63,634 bases of DNA, filler included, from Octopus bimaculoides (GCF_001194135.2; 4 parts of 3 records of this genome joined end to end with filler, not necessarily neighbours in it), one strand, 5' to 3'. Shown: positions 37,485 through 51,039, counted from the whole stretch's first letter. Notes: generated from the sequence alone by a model not told the origin. A program made the numbers and translations.

Positions 37485-38602
37485 GAGATAGCGAAAGAAA
37501 AGAGAAAGCCAGAAAAAGAAACCAAAAGCAAAAAGTAAGGAAGGCAATAAAGACAATAACAATGGCAGAACGAGTGGAGAAGCTGCCAGAAATATCCTGA
37601 AAGAACGGCGGCTCCATTACAGAGATTCTTCAAAATTACATGGATTTTTCAATTTGTGAGGAAAATAATATGTTGCAGTTGGTCAGTATTTAATTGAAGC
37701 AAGAATTTCTCGAAAGAACTCGACTGTCCATTAACGAAACAAAATGAGATGCTATTTTGGTGAAGAAATCTGGAGAGGAAGGGGAAAGAGTCTTTTATGA
37801 TTGGTAGAATGTTATGTTTAGTGTGTGGAGGTGTAATCGGTAGCAGGTGTGGACTTGAAACCAATCCTTTTAAATATCTCCATGCATACATGCTAGTATA
37901 AGTATTACTGTGGATATATACTGGTATATTTGCGTGTGTGTGTGTGTGAATATGTATGTATACATGTATGTATGTAAGTAAATATGCATGAGTGTATGTA
38001 TGTGTCTGTGTGTGTCTGAATGTATGTGTAAATGTACGTGTGTGCATGTGTCTATGCAATTACTTCGCCAAACCAGTTGAATTTTAGTTCACAGCCTTAG
38101 ACAGCAGAAAATAAGGCATTCGATCAAAACAAAACAACACCTGCTTACGCATTCCCCTGGGGTGAAATTTTATCTACTTTTTTTTATTCTATTTGTATAG
38201 GAGATATATTTAAATATTTAAATAACAAAACACCATAAGTTTTGGCTTTCAATGTTTTATGTTGCTTCTGTTATTGTTGAATATCCAAAACCAGTTCTGT
38301 TGAGTCACGAACTTAGCAGACGATCAATGAAACATTTACAGATAACGGAAAAGTCCAGTGGCCATCTTAACTTTATTGTCGACTTACTGGTCGAACAGAT
38401 TTATCATTGGCTCTTGAACTTCATATCGTTATCATGGATTCTTTCATCCAAAATGTTCGTCTTAAAATCTGATTTTCCTTTAAGGAAGGCGCAAAACTTT
38501 TATTGAAATAGATTTAATTCTTACACTCACTTCTTATATATTTCAGGGCGCAAATCTTTTATTAAACACTTGGCTCAAAACCTCCATCTTTGAAGCGCAT
38601 CT

Positions 38603-38640
<38 letters not shown>

Positions 38641-39128
38641 TACTCACCCTCTTTCTCAGATTTTGTTCGGTTTTCAACTTTCACGTTTAATAAGAACTTA
38701 ATTACACTACGGCCATCGAGGGGATTTTGTTCATGCTTATTTATTTATGATTTTTGATTAAATTACAGGTAAGGAGCTGTGACCATAGCCTTTACAGCCC
38801 CACCCCCGGGGCAACTGAAATCGTTAGGTTCTGTTTTGAATAGTTGTAAATCGATAGTTGTCGAAGAATATATGTAGAGANNNNNNNNNNNNNNNNNNNN
38901 NNNNNNNNNNNNNNNNNNNNNNNNNNNNNNNNNNNNNNNNNNNNNNNNNNNNNNNNNNNNNNNNNNNNNNNNNNNNNNNNNNNNNNNNNNNNNNNNNNNN
39001 NNNNNNNNNNNNNNNNNNNNNNNNNNNGGGGGAGGAGGAAAAGGAGGAAGAGGAAAAAAGAGGAGGAGGGGATGATGATGAGGAGGAGGAGGAAAAGGAG
39101 GGAATGATGATGATGATGATGAGGAGGG

Positions 39129-39270
39129 GGTACTTAATTTATCGACTCCGAAAGGATGAAATGCAAAGTCGACCTCGGTGGAATTTGAACTCAGAACGCA
39201 AAGACAAACGAAATGCTGCTAAGCGTTCCGCCACCCGGCGTGCTAACGTCTCTGCCAGCTCGCTGCCTTA
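39129..39270 (-). mobile_element. SINE family 3
   Basis: Reverse complement of the 23030-23150 unit with the head ggcagcgagctggcag. Confidence 0.8.
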
Positions 39271-39399
39271 GAAAGAGAGGAGATTTTGAGCAAACGTAGG
39301 AGTGCGTTGGTGAGTGACTTCCTTCACTGTCTCTCAAGCAACGGTTCTTTCTTTGGATAAAGTTTAGCATGTCTATGCGTGCAGCAGCCCCACCGTCCC

Positions 39400-40090
39400 T
39401 GCTGTAGGCATAGGACACCGTTATTGCTCTCATTTGACCTTTGAACTTGGTTACTAGTTGTTGGAGACTTAAGTATTTTTAGGCTCTGAAGAAGAGTAAG
39501 GCCAATCTTTGTGATGACATGCATGTTCACCAGGGGAAGATCTTCAGGGAGTTTAGAGAGTCAACCACAGTGAGGGGTCGTTTTCTTCTCATTGTCTTTG
39601 TGCTGGTGAAGAAAACAAGATGAAATGACATCATTCGAGTTGTTTTCGTTTTTGTTTTTGTTTATTTTTTTTCTCTCAGGGACTTCGTATATGGAGTAAA
39701 ATGGAGCTGTCTGTAGGTGAGTGAGTGCAAGTGTTGTGGAAAATGAAGTGGGGTATCATCTGTGTGGAAATGTGTATTGTTAGAGTTGGGATTCAGTAGG
39801 TTGTTGATATGTAAGAGGAATAATAAGGTGGGGGTGGGGAACTGAACACTAGGACACATCAGAGTTGATAAGGTCTAGACCAGAGAGAGCTCTGTCATCA
39901 TGTGACAGGAAGTTATCAATCCAAGAGAAGAGAAATGAATGGAGGCAAGGGTTTGTCAAGAGATTTGAGCACCAAACAGAGTCAAGGGCTCCGGGCAAAT
40001 TTCGGGAGAGCATGAGCACTAGCGCGCAGCAGAGAAGAATAAATTTCCAGTGGAACTGGTAGGTATAAATGCCATCCAAGGGGTCAGTGT
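39400..40090 (-). mobile_element. CR1/Jockey-like LINE reverse transcriptase remnant
   Basis: ALDSVW.SNLL...SWIDNFLS...INSDV and PTLLFLLHINNLL...HTDD, the decayed QGSVL and YADD regions. Confidence 0.65.
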
Positions 40091-40489
40091 GGTCTTTTTA
40101 AGAAGAAAAACATACAAAGATAAGAAATCAAATTAATAAAAATCAGTTAATAAAAATTAATTAAAAAATCAATAAGAAAAATATGTAAAGCTCAAAATTA
40201 AAAACAGAAAAAAAAAAAATAAAAAGATAATAGTTATATAAATAATAGGGATAGTTGAAGGTATTCTTACCAAAGTAAAATTAAGGTGTAAGTACATATA
40301 TAGGGGTCAGTATTTTCGAAGTTTTGTGAAGAGAGGGAAAGATTATGGAAGGGCATCGGTTGGACCGTATTTCGGAAGCCATGTTATTCAGTTAATTCAT
40401 TTTATGCTCTATTCTCGTCTAACGCTTTATTAGGAAGCATACATCTACTGAGTTCTAGCAACAGCGAAATCATTATATACATATATTTA

Positions 40490-40537
<48 letters not shown>

Positions 40538-41164
40538 GAGAGAGAGTGCTCGAACTCTGGACTTTATTATTTGAGATACGAAATTCTTAACTCTACGCTC
40601 ATACTGCGTTTGCATTTAGTCTACATATATACATAAATACACATGCACACATACGCGCGCGCATACATACGCACGCATACATACATACATACATACATAC
40701 ATACATAGAATGACAGACAGACAAGGTCCATCAGTTATTTGAGGACAAAATTTTAATTTAAGGGAAACAAAAATATTTCTTAGAAGAATCAATATATTTT
40801 TGACGAATTTGGTTCACACATATTATCTTCTATGCACATAGCAAAAAGGTTATTCAGTAAACTGCCACCAACCTTGATTACTGCCCCCATACAGTGTTGA
40901 TCAGGTGATCTTTATTCCAGTTGGCCATAATGTACCTTATGGTAGACATTAATAAGGGACCTTGCTATTGTGGGCATGCTTGTTGGTCTCCCTCTCAACG
41001 GTGTCCCTGATGTAGAAGTCCATGGGGACTTAAATGAGGAGAGCTAAGAGGCCAAATGTTAGGGGTAATGAGATCAAGAAAGTTTTTGGCCATTCACTCC
41101 AGAATCTTGCAGGTTGTGTGAGAAAAAGAAGAAGAAGAAGAAGAAGAAGAAGAAGAAGAAGAAG

Positions 41165-41895
41165 AGTTTCGCTGGGCGTAAGTCCTTCCTCGAGCAACTC
41201 TCTCGGTTGAGGGCTTCACACCAATTGTTTTCATAGCTCTGAAACCTTGTGGGTAAATGTGAGGAGGTATGGCATGGCCCTCGTTGCTCATGATCCCCAA
41301 GACATTCCCAAACGATGATTACTTAGCGTGCAATCCAGCAGGGACTTCACTGGTGTTGTTCACTTTTTGATCTTGGACACCTGAGAAGAACCGGAGCATG
41401 TCAGGTTTCTCGGGGTACTTGAGTTCGATCAACAAATGCTTCGACCTGATCACACAATTCTCCTGGGTCTTACCGGACATGAACTGCCCTCTTCTCATAA
41501 AATAGGATTTGTACTCGAATTCTTTCCACACCACACGCCTAATTGTTAACTCTGTCACAGAGAGATGATTGGGAATCGCTTTCAGTGACTTGGTGGGATT
41601 CTTATTGATGATGACCTGGACTTCCTGGACAAACTCGGCTTTTCTGATAATGTCTGACCATCGAGAATGTTCTCTTTTGGCCACGGAATACATATTTCCG
41701 CCAAAGGTCAGAAGCACTTTTCTTAATCTTAAACATGAAGAGCTAGCAGTATTTAAGAAGGTTGTAATCTCAGAACCACTGGGGCTGGTTGCTAAGGCAA
41801 AAAGAAAAAGGGGAACCAAAAAAGGGGATAATTAGTTAAAATTTAGGCAACTTTTGTTTCAATAAGTTTTGTTCTCATATAATTGACGCACCCTG
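41165..41895 (-). mobile_element. Tc1/mariner element of maT (DD37D-like) type, 3'-truncated
   Basis: Terminus TA-CAGGGTGCGTC at 41897-41885. Reads EFVQEVQVII...YKSYFMRRGQFMS...FFS..QDQKVN...GIMSNEGHAIPPH. Ends at a (GAA)n tract. Confidence 0.75.
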
Positions 41896-42631
41896 TATAT
41901 ATACAGTTATACCCCCGGTTTACACGGCATTCTATATACACGGTTTCATTTCACACGGTTTTGGTTTTGAGTTAAAACGATTTACTTTCTTTCCCTCAAC
42001 AGAAACACCATCTCGTCGGTTCCGATGTGATTTTTCATTTCCCTTATATTTTCCTTCCATTCCACAATGACATGTACCACATTCTAAACTAAATTAATGT
42101 CATATTTAAATTTTATATTTTGTTAAATATTTTCCAGATTGAGTTTCAAAATGTCAACGAAGTCGATTCCTTCGGAAATGAAAATTATTTTATTTTATCA
42201 ACTCCAAAGGCTGGAAACATTTCAACAGAAGCTGTAAAACAGTTTAAATATAAAGGAAGAAACTGTAACATTTATGAGAAGCGAAAGAAACTTCAAAACT
42301 AGTGTAATCGCTGAATTATAATGAGTTCGATCTTCGATGCGTTTAAAACAAACATCATGTACTCCTCAGCTGCATAATGGAATTTCATTTCAGAAAGTCA
42401 TTTTGTAGATGTGTGCAAAAACAAGAGTAGGAGAAGAAAATACCATCTTGACTGGGCTGCCAATCAACAATCTAGACTGTTGATTGGCAGCCCAATGTGT
42501 TAAACTATAAGGCACAAAAAGAAAATAACTCTCCCCAGATACAACAGAATATGCTTCAACACACGGACTCACATAAAGAATCTTGCAAACCAAATCCAAA
42601 AACGAAATACACACACACACACACACACACA

Positions 42632-42685
<54 letters not shown>

Positions 42686-42690
<5 letters not shown>

Positions 42691-43492
42691 GATCACAAAA
42701 GTACAGCTCCCAAAATTACTGCAGAGCTTAATGACCACCTTGAGAACCCATTTTCCACGAAAACTGTTTGCTGGGAGCTGCACAAACCCAGATTTCACGG
42801 GAGAGCTGCAATCAGAAAACCACTACTTTCAAAAACAAACGCTGCAAAGCGTTTAGGGTGGAATAAAAACCTACAAAATTGGTCCCTAGAGCAGTGAAAG
42901 AATATCATTTTCTCGGACGAGTCTTCCTTTACCTTATTTCCGACTACAGGCCGAGTATACGTGTGGAGACAACCAAAAGAAGCATTTGACCCAGACTGCC
43001 TTCTTCCAACTGTTAAACATGGAGGAGGATCTGTGATGATCTGGGGGGGGGGGGCTATATCTTGGAAATATGCCGGCCTAATGGTTTCCCTTCATGGCAG
43101 AATTAATAGTCAAAGAGGGAAACGCAATCTTTCAGGATAATAATGCATCAATTCACACAGCTAATGCTGTTACTGAATAGCACGAGGAACATTCTAGTGA
43201 AGTTGAACATCTCATCTGGCCACCACAGTCCCCAGGTCTCAATATTATTGAACATTTATGATACACTTTAGAAAAACAAGTAAGGAGTCGATATCCTCCA
43301 CCATCATCACTACAAGAACTGGAGACTGTTTTAGCTGAAGAATGGACAAAAATTCCTTTGGAAACAATTCAAACTTTTTACAATTCCCATACCTTGTAGA
43401 ATTCAAGCTGTAATTACTGCCAAAGGCGGTCCTACCCACTATTAAGATAAATTTGTTTGAAATTTTAAGCTGTTTCCATTATTTTGTCCAAT

Positions 43493-43497
<5 letters not shown>
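42686..43497 (+). mobile_element. Tc1-family transposon, 5'-truncated and inactive
   Basis: RKPLLS, IFSDES, TVKHGGGSVMIWG, FQDNNASIH and WPPQSPGLNIIE motifs. In-frame stops present. The right terminus runs into (TA)n. Confidence 0.9.
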
Positions 43498-43532
<35 letters not shown>

Positions 43533-43877
43533 NNNNNNNNNNNNNNNNNNNNNNNNNNNNNNNNNNNNNNNNNNNNNNNNNNNNNNNNNNNNNNNNNNNN
43601 NNNNNNNNNNNNNNNNNNNNNNNNNNNNNNNNNNNNNNNNNNNNNNNNNNNNNNNNNNNNNNNNNNNNNNNNNNNNNNNNNNNNNNNNNNNNNNNNNNNN
43701 NNNNNNNNNNNNNNNNNNNNNNNNNNNNNNNNNNNNNNNNNNNNNNNNNNNNNNNNNNNNNNNNNNNNNNNNNNNNNNNNNNNNNNNNNNNNNNNNNNNN
43801 NNNNNNNNNNNNNNNNNNNNNNNNNNNNNNNNNNNNNNNNNNNNNNNNNNNNNNNNNNNNNNNNNNNNNNNNNNNNN

Positions 43878-43944
<67 letters not shown>

Positions 43945-44380
43945 AATATGTATGATAGACTCTCCCGTGAGAAGACGACGAATGTGCGTTCAGCTTTTGC
44001 CGAATGACCTGCACAAATAATTCGTTTATAGAGATCAAATGTTGGTGCCACACATTAGCTCACTCTCTCCAACATAGACACCCATAACACGCAGATACAC
44101 ACATATTTATATGCAACACTATTAGTGTAACTTCGAAGTCACTATCAACAATTTATAATAGATATCTACACATATATTGAGTTCTTCATTTTGTCAATTT
44201 TTATTCTTTTCATATGTCGCGCGCGTGTGTGTGTGTGTGCGTGCGTGCGCTCACGTAAACACACACACAATACATAAAGAAAAGTCAAAACACACACATG
44301 ACCAGAGACACACAAAGACTAATGTTTTGTCTCCCACTTTTAGTTCTTGTCTGTTTTCATTCTTTAATTCTCTCCTCACT

Positions 44381-44419
<39 letters not shown>

Positions 44420-45477
44420 CCTCTCTCTTTTCTTTCCTGCCTCATCATTATCATCATCATCTCTCACCCATCCCATCTACTGCCCCTGCATCATCATCTC
44501 AAACCCCTTTTCACCTCAGACGTTCTTATCAAATATCAAATATATTTAATTCACTCTTTNNNNNNNNNNNNNNNNNNNNNNNNNNNNNNNNNNNNNNNNN
44601 NNNNNNNNNNNNNNNNNNNNNNNNNNNNNNNNNNNNNNNNNNNNNNNNNNNNNNNNNNNNNNNNNNNNNNNNNNNNNNNNNNNNNNNNNNNNNNNNNNNN
44701 NNNNNNNNNNNNNNNNNNNNNNNNNNNNNNNNNNNNNNNNNNNNNNNNNNNNNNNNNNNNNNNNNNNNNNNNNNNNNNNNNNNNNNNNNNNNNNNNNNNN
44801 NNNNNNNNNNNNNNNNNNNNNNNNNNNNNNNNNNNNNNNNNNNNNNNNNNNNNNNNNNNNNNNNNNNNNNNNNNNNNNNNNNNNNNNNNNNNNNNNNNNN
44901 NNNNNNNNNNNNNNNNNNNNNNNNNNNNNNNNNNNNNNNNNNNNNNNNNNNNNNNNNNNNNNNNNNNNNNNNNNNNNNNNNNNNNNNNNNNNNNNNNNNN
45001 NNNNNNNNNNNNNNNNNNNNNNNNNNNNNNNNNNNNNNNNNNNNNNNNNNNNNNNNNNNNNNNNNNNNNNNNNNNNNNNNNNNNNNNNNNNNNNNNNNNN
45101 NNNNNNNNNNNNNNNNNNNNNNNNNNNNNNNNNNNNNNNNNNNNNNNNNNNNNNNNNNNNNNNNNNNNNNNNNNNNNNNNNNNNNNNNNNNNNNNNNNNN
45201 NNNNNNNNNNNNNNNNNNNNNNNNNNNNNNNNNNNNNNNNNNNNNNNNNNNNNNNNNNNNNNNNNNNNNNNNNNNNNNNNNNNNNNNNNNNNNNNNNNNN
45301 NNNNNNNNNNNNNNNNNTATCTATCTATCTACCTACCTACCTTTCTGTTTCTCTGTCTCTCTGTCTACCTATCTATTTAACTAACAATCTTTCTGAGAAT
45401 TTTTGTATCTTTATTCCTATCACTAATCTATCCATAGAGAAAGATATATATTTATATATATATATATATATATCTTA

Positions 45478-45509
<32 letters not shown>

Positions 45510-46042
45510 CTTATTGTTCTCTCCATTTCAATATCGTCTGCTACAATTCCCAAACACCTTCCTTTACAACTCATCTCTCCCTTTCCCTCTTTATTCTCCC
45601 CCCCCCCTCACCTATTCTCCATTCCATGTAAATGGCTGATCACAGCCTCCTCTCTCTTGCTTCTGTACACTTTCACCTGGCCCTTAGTTGCGTGTGCGTG
45701 TGTGTGAGTGTGTGTATACGAGTGCGTGCGTGTTCATGTGTGTACGCGAGCGCGCGTGTGTGTATGTGTGTTCATGCGCATGTTGGTGCATGTATATGTT
45801 TGCATGTGTGTGTCTCTGGTTTCCATGCGATGTCAGTGAGATTAAACAAACGAGGGGGCGTTATAGGGGTGGGGAGAGGGCGAAACATGGAAAGACTAGG
45901 AACTGTAGCACAAAGAACTGGAAATAGAGAGGCTGAAAGTGAGAGAGGGAGAAAGAAGAGGAGGAGACAGAGGAATAGAGATGGTGTGTGTGAGTTTGTA
46001 TATGCGATTCTGTTGTACGAGAATGTGTGTGTGTGTGTGTGT

Positions 46043-46094
<52 letters not shown>

Positions 46095-47845
46095 AGGAGC
46101 AGAGGATAAAGGCAGATGAAGATACAGTAAAATACAATTAAAATAAAGGAGTGGCGGGGAGAGGAAGTACAAAAGAGAGTGTGGAAAGAGAAGCAAGAAG
46201 CAGAGGAGAGGTCAGAGAGAAAGAGAGAGAGAGAGAGAGAAGAAACAGAGGGATGGAGTAGAAGGGGACGTACACGGTGTTGTTGTTTAACCACAGGTTG
46301 GCCGTTATCCACCAGACCAATGAGCAACACTATTCCAGCAGTGACCACCACAACCTCTATACCCAACCTCTAATACTACTTTTGTTTAATGTGATATTAG
46401 AAAATGCTTTTAATAAGGTAGGTGTGTACTTTAAAGGTAATTTGACTGCTATTTCTAGCATATGTTGAGAGCATCTAAAGGTTGTCTCGTTGTGCCAACT
46501 CCCCCCACCCCCACCGCCCACCCCATCTTCCAACGAGCTGTGGTTGACGGGGATAAGGGAAGCCACGTGTCGAGATGAACGTTTCACTGAAAATAAAACA
46601 TCAATATTGTGATGGAGTCGGAAATGAGAGAGAGAGAGAGAGAAGGGGGGGAGGAGATGATGATGATGATGATGATGGTGAGGAGGAGGATGAGGAGGTG
46701 GAGGAGGAGTGTGAACACGTGTCTCAAACACTTCTCTACACACGTTAAACATGGCTAATTAATGCAGGTAAACATAGCCCACACGTCACAGACACGTGTA
46801 CATGTGATGATGGCGGTTAAAGATGTATCTGGCAACTATGCGGTTATCCGGCATTAAATTCTGATAAAATCTTGTGAACAAGAAAAGTAAAGTTATTTTA
46901 CCTTTTTGGGAATAATAGATGCCACAATTTCTAGTCTTCGGTGGCCATTTTTTTGCCTTTTTTAAAAAAGAAAATGTTTCTTCAGTTATCTCATCGCGGT
47001 TCTGTTTTTGCCTTTAATTTTGTGCACTATGCCCCGGCCCGTCTTAGCAGTATCATAGACCCCCCCAGGTAAATCAATGCTTTGGGCCCTATAGTATATA
47101 TTTAGTGACAGCAAACCACAGCATATTAGATCATAACTGGGACCCTAGAATCGTGAGGCCCAATTGCCCAGTGTGTCAATACCTTAAAACACCCCTGATT
47201 ATGCTCGCACTTTTTGCTATCGTTGCAGCCTTTCGTAAACGGCTATTTTCTGTCCTTTCTTTTATCCTTTTCCGACGAGTCACGACGTATCTGAGCACTC
47301 TACACAATATGCTCATCACAATTTCTTTTTTCGTGTTATTTTGTAGATGGGAGGACTTCAATCACGCATGTTCTAACGCCGTCCTTTTGTCCTTGTATGG
47401 TAAACCATACAGCCGGCTCTGTTTAGCACCACCACGTAATCTTTGGGTGGTAGACATAGTGCTCCACTCTGTACAATACCCCCACCCACCCANNNNNNNN
47501 NNTTAGGTTCCTTTTCTGGTGTGTATTCTTGTGCAGTGCTCAGAGCATCCCTCTGCTGCTAACCTATGTCCAGACTGGGTGCCAGTTGTGTCATGAAGGG
47601 CCCATCAAAACATTACAGGTTGACATCGTGTCGCTGGGCTTGTAATGAAATAATTTATGAAGATTATTAAAATTTAGACATCAGCAGTGAATTGATAATT
47701 TATTCATATAATTTGTATTAAAAGTAGTAGATAGGTGTAATCCAGTTGAGATGAAAACGAATAGAATGAAGAAATATAATTTTAAAGTAAACAGAGATTA
47801 TAAATAAATAAAATATAAAGATCAATAAAGTTTGAAATAGAAGAC

Positions 47846-48428
47846 CGTGGTACTCCGTCGGTTGCGACAACGAGTGTTCCAATTGATTCGATCAACGGAT
47901 CAGCCTGCTCGTGAAATTAACGTGTAAGTGGTTGAGTACTCCACAGACACGTGTATCCTTAATGTATCAGGTCATCCCATAAGTTCTGTCCGAATTTTGA
48001 ATAAAGAAAACAAGTGATCAAATGTTATATTTAATTGAAATTTCATCGTCAATGTACTTTCCCTGATTGTCTATGACTTCCTTCCATCTATTTACAAGCT
48101 TTTTAATCCCATAAATGTAAAACTCTTTTGGTTTCAAAGCGAAGAACTCTGAAATGTCAGTTTCGACCTCCTCCAAGCTTGCGAAAGTTATGTGCCCCGA
48201 ATGATTCTGTAAACTACGAAACAAATGCTAGTCTGGAGGAGCAAGGTCGGGAGATTAAGGTGGATGAGGAATTTTTTCACAACCAAGCTCTTTGCCACCG
48301 CCCCCTGCCGGAGCCTCGTGGAGCTTTAGGTGTTTTCGCTCAATAAACACACACAACGCCCGGTCTTGGAATCGCGATCCTACAACCGCGAGTCCGCTAC
48401 CCTAACCACTGGGCCATTTCGCCTCCAC
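47846..48428 (-). mobile_element. SINE family 2 split by a mariner fragment
   Basis: Head at 48290-48428 and tail at 47846-47965, both matching the 11742 copy. Confidence 0.8.
47967..48235 (-). mobile_element. Mariner 3' end with TIR, nested in a SINE
   Basis: FRSLQN...FF..KPKEFY..GI.KL..RW.EVIDNQG.YI. TA at 47965-66 is followed by the TIR tcaggtcatcccataagttc. Confidence 0.8.
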
Positions 48429-48478
48429 GAAATAGAAGATATATCTAAATCGAATGTAGAAATACTTAGAAGGAATAA

Positions 48479-48625
48479 CAAACATAGGAATAATATAGAT
48501 AGGAATAATATAGATAGGAATAAGCAGAATATAATAGTAAACATAGGAATAATATAGATAGGAATAGTATAGATAGGAATAAGCAGAATATAATAATAAA
48601 CACAGGAATAAGCAGAATATAGGAA
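48479..48625. repeat. AT-rich higher-order minisatellite (59-bp period built from ~15-bp ataggaataatatag units)
   Basis: aacatagg recurs at 48481 and 48540; subunits are visible. Confidence 0.7.
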
Positions 48626-50531
48626 TGAATAGGTTTTTATAAATAAATATATTTTCTAAAGAAATAAATAGAATTTAGAGATAGATAAAATTTATAATCA
48701 TCTTTTACTTGTTTCGGTAACTGGAGTGCCGAGCAGTGGAACTGAGCAAGAAACCAACTCCTACGCCCGCTTGTCTATGCAGTTTATGAATAAATAAGAG
48801 TGAGTGTTTATAATTATAGAAGAGGCAATTTTTGAATAAAAAATAAGTTTGTAGGAATAAGAAGAATGTAGAAATAGAATGTGTGTGTGTGTCTGAACAG
48901 AATGCATGAATATGTTGAAATAAATTTAGAAATAAGTATAATGTGGTAAGAAAATTTATAAGTAAATAGAAAGTAGAAATAATTTAAAAAAATTTTTTTT
49001 TTTTTTTTTAAAGTTTCAGCTTAGAGCTGCGGCCATGCTGATGCACCACCGTGTTGCTACACTGTAATTACAGGGAGCCTCTTACAATATGTGGCACTTG
49101 GTGAAGAATGGAGTTTGATTTAGCAACCCTTATGGAAATTAAAAATGAATATAATGTTGAAATAAATACATTTGCGGATGAATATATTTTTCAAATAAAT
49201 GATATGTAGAAAAGAATAAAACGTAGAAGGAAATTATGCAATAAATTACATCGTAGAAATAAATGAAATGCATAAAGATATATAATGTAAAATTTAAATA
49301 CAATTTAACTCATTTTAGAAAGTAGAAATATGTAGAACGAAATATAATTTCGAAATTAATATTTGTACATAAATAGAGATGTAAGTTCAACATACATCTA
49401 GAGATGGGTACATCATCAGTGTAGTGTCCTTGAGTCACTGGCTGTTTCGGCTCTTACAACAGACACCTTCATACAGGTGACCAGACCTAGGTTAATCAAA
49501 CCTTGGCTCAGATCCAAGCGATATTCGACTGCGCTACCCGATCACCACTTTTCAATCAGAGTCATCTAGATACTTTCTCGGCAAACCTTAAGTTGTTCTT
49601 TGATCGCTCTTCTTCTGAAAGTTCCTGAAGAAATAGAATATACAAGTATAGAATGTGTCAAATATTGTAGAAAATATAAAATACGTTATAGAAATATAAG
49701 GCATTAGCTTAAAAGCTGCACTCGGTGCGGACTTTCAAGCTAGCTCCTGCGGAGAGCTAATTGGGCCTGCGGCCCAAAATTGGAGAGAGCTAAATAGCAT
49801 GGCTCTAATACGTCTATAATGACTATGTGTCTTGGTGATGTTTGACCAGAGGTTAAGGATGGATGAGAATTAATTCTCTAATGCAACCATTCTATTGTTC
49901 CAGTCCCATGTTGAATTCCAACTGTTGGCCAATTTGTCTCAAAGTTCTTATCTCGGTGTAAAATTAACGAAGCGAATGTGATTTATCTCCTCCTTGATCG
50001 CTGATGTCATCTGAGAAACGCCAACTAAGATGGCGTGAATCAGCCAAGCTTTACCTGCTAGAAATAACAACCCGAATGCTTGCAAATCAGATCCTAATAC
50101 TGGATCAAGAACCAAATGAAGAGCAGGTTTTCAATCCTGGGATCATCCTGATTCCAGAACGGTATAGTACGTCTATGTAGAGTAAATGTAGACTGAGATA
50201 CAGGGGTCCCAGGCAGACACAATTTGCTTTTATTATAATAGATGTAGAAAAAATGGAATACAACAATAAAACATATGTAGAAGTATACTGGGTGTACAAA
50301 TATTTAGAATTTAGAGATATATAATATTAATGCGAAGATAGAATATGTATATTGAATGTAGAAAAACAGGAAAGAAAAACTGAAATTATCATAAAATAAT
50401 TGAGAGCACAAAATCTTAGACTGAGACGGACATGATTCACAATTAACCAAACTCTATTCAGAGAATGGCACTGTTTGGCACAGACTCTTTCTACAGACCA
50501 ACCCATAAAGCCCAAAGTATGGAAAAATATA

Positions 50532-50834
50532 CAGGGTGTTCAAAACATCTCTCCGCAGTGAATTTTTTTCATCCTGTCTCTCCAAGAGTCAATCTCTCCA
50601 AGAGTCAAACTCTCCAAGAGTCAAACTCTCCAAGAGTCAAACTCTCCAAGATGTATTTCAAAACATGTGTAGAAGAGTCAACTTGTGTATTGAAAATGAA
50701 GGACGACACTTTCAACACCACTTATAAGGTTTTTTAAAGTCTTGTAAAGTCTAATATATTCTTTTGTAGTCTTATACCATCTTATTTATTTTGCAATAAA
50801 ATACTTACTGCGGAGAGACTTTTTGAACATCCTG
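50532..50834. mobile_element. Tc1/mariner-type MITE (303 bp, ~29-bp TIRs, TA TSD)
   Basis: Left TIR CAGGGTGTTCAAAACATCTCTCCGCAGTG; right TIR reverse complement CAGGATGTTCAAAAAGTCTCTCCGCAGTA. TA on both flanks. Confidence 0.9.
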
Positions 50835-51039
50835 TAATTGTACGTTGTTGTTGTTGCCAACCGTGTCGTTAGGTTTGTCTTGCTGTTTACTAATTTAGGA
50901 TGGAGATAGAAAAAACCTGCGTATTTCTGTTTCCATGACAGAATTAAGGGACAGGACTGGATGCTTTTTCTGTTTATCTTTTAGTCAGGAGCCAAGACAG
51001 TGCCCTCTGACTTTCTACAAGACCTGTTAGATTAGTGAA

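Noticed and set aside
47347-47399. 53-nt segment with a good acceptor and GTAAAC donor
   Set aside because: No partner exons, and it lies in a probable hAT-derived remnant (~47020-47640).
49438-49485. Second hammerhead-like string on the minus strand (CTGTATGA...CCGAAAC)
   Set aside because: Insertion in the core and no convincing stems; at most a decayed Penelope terminus.
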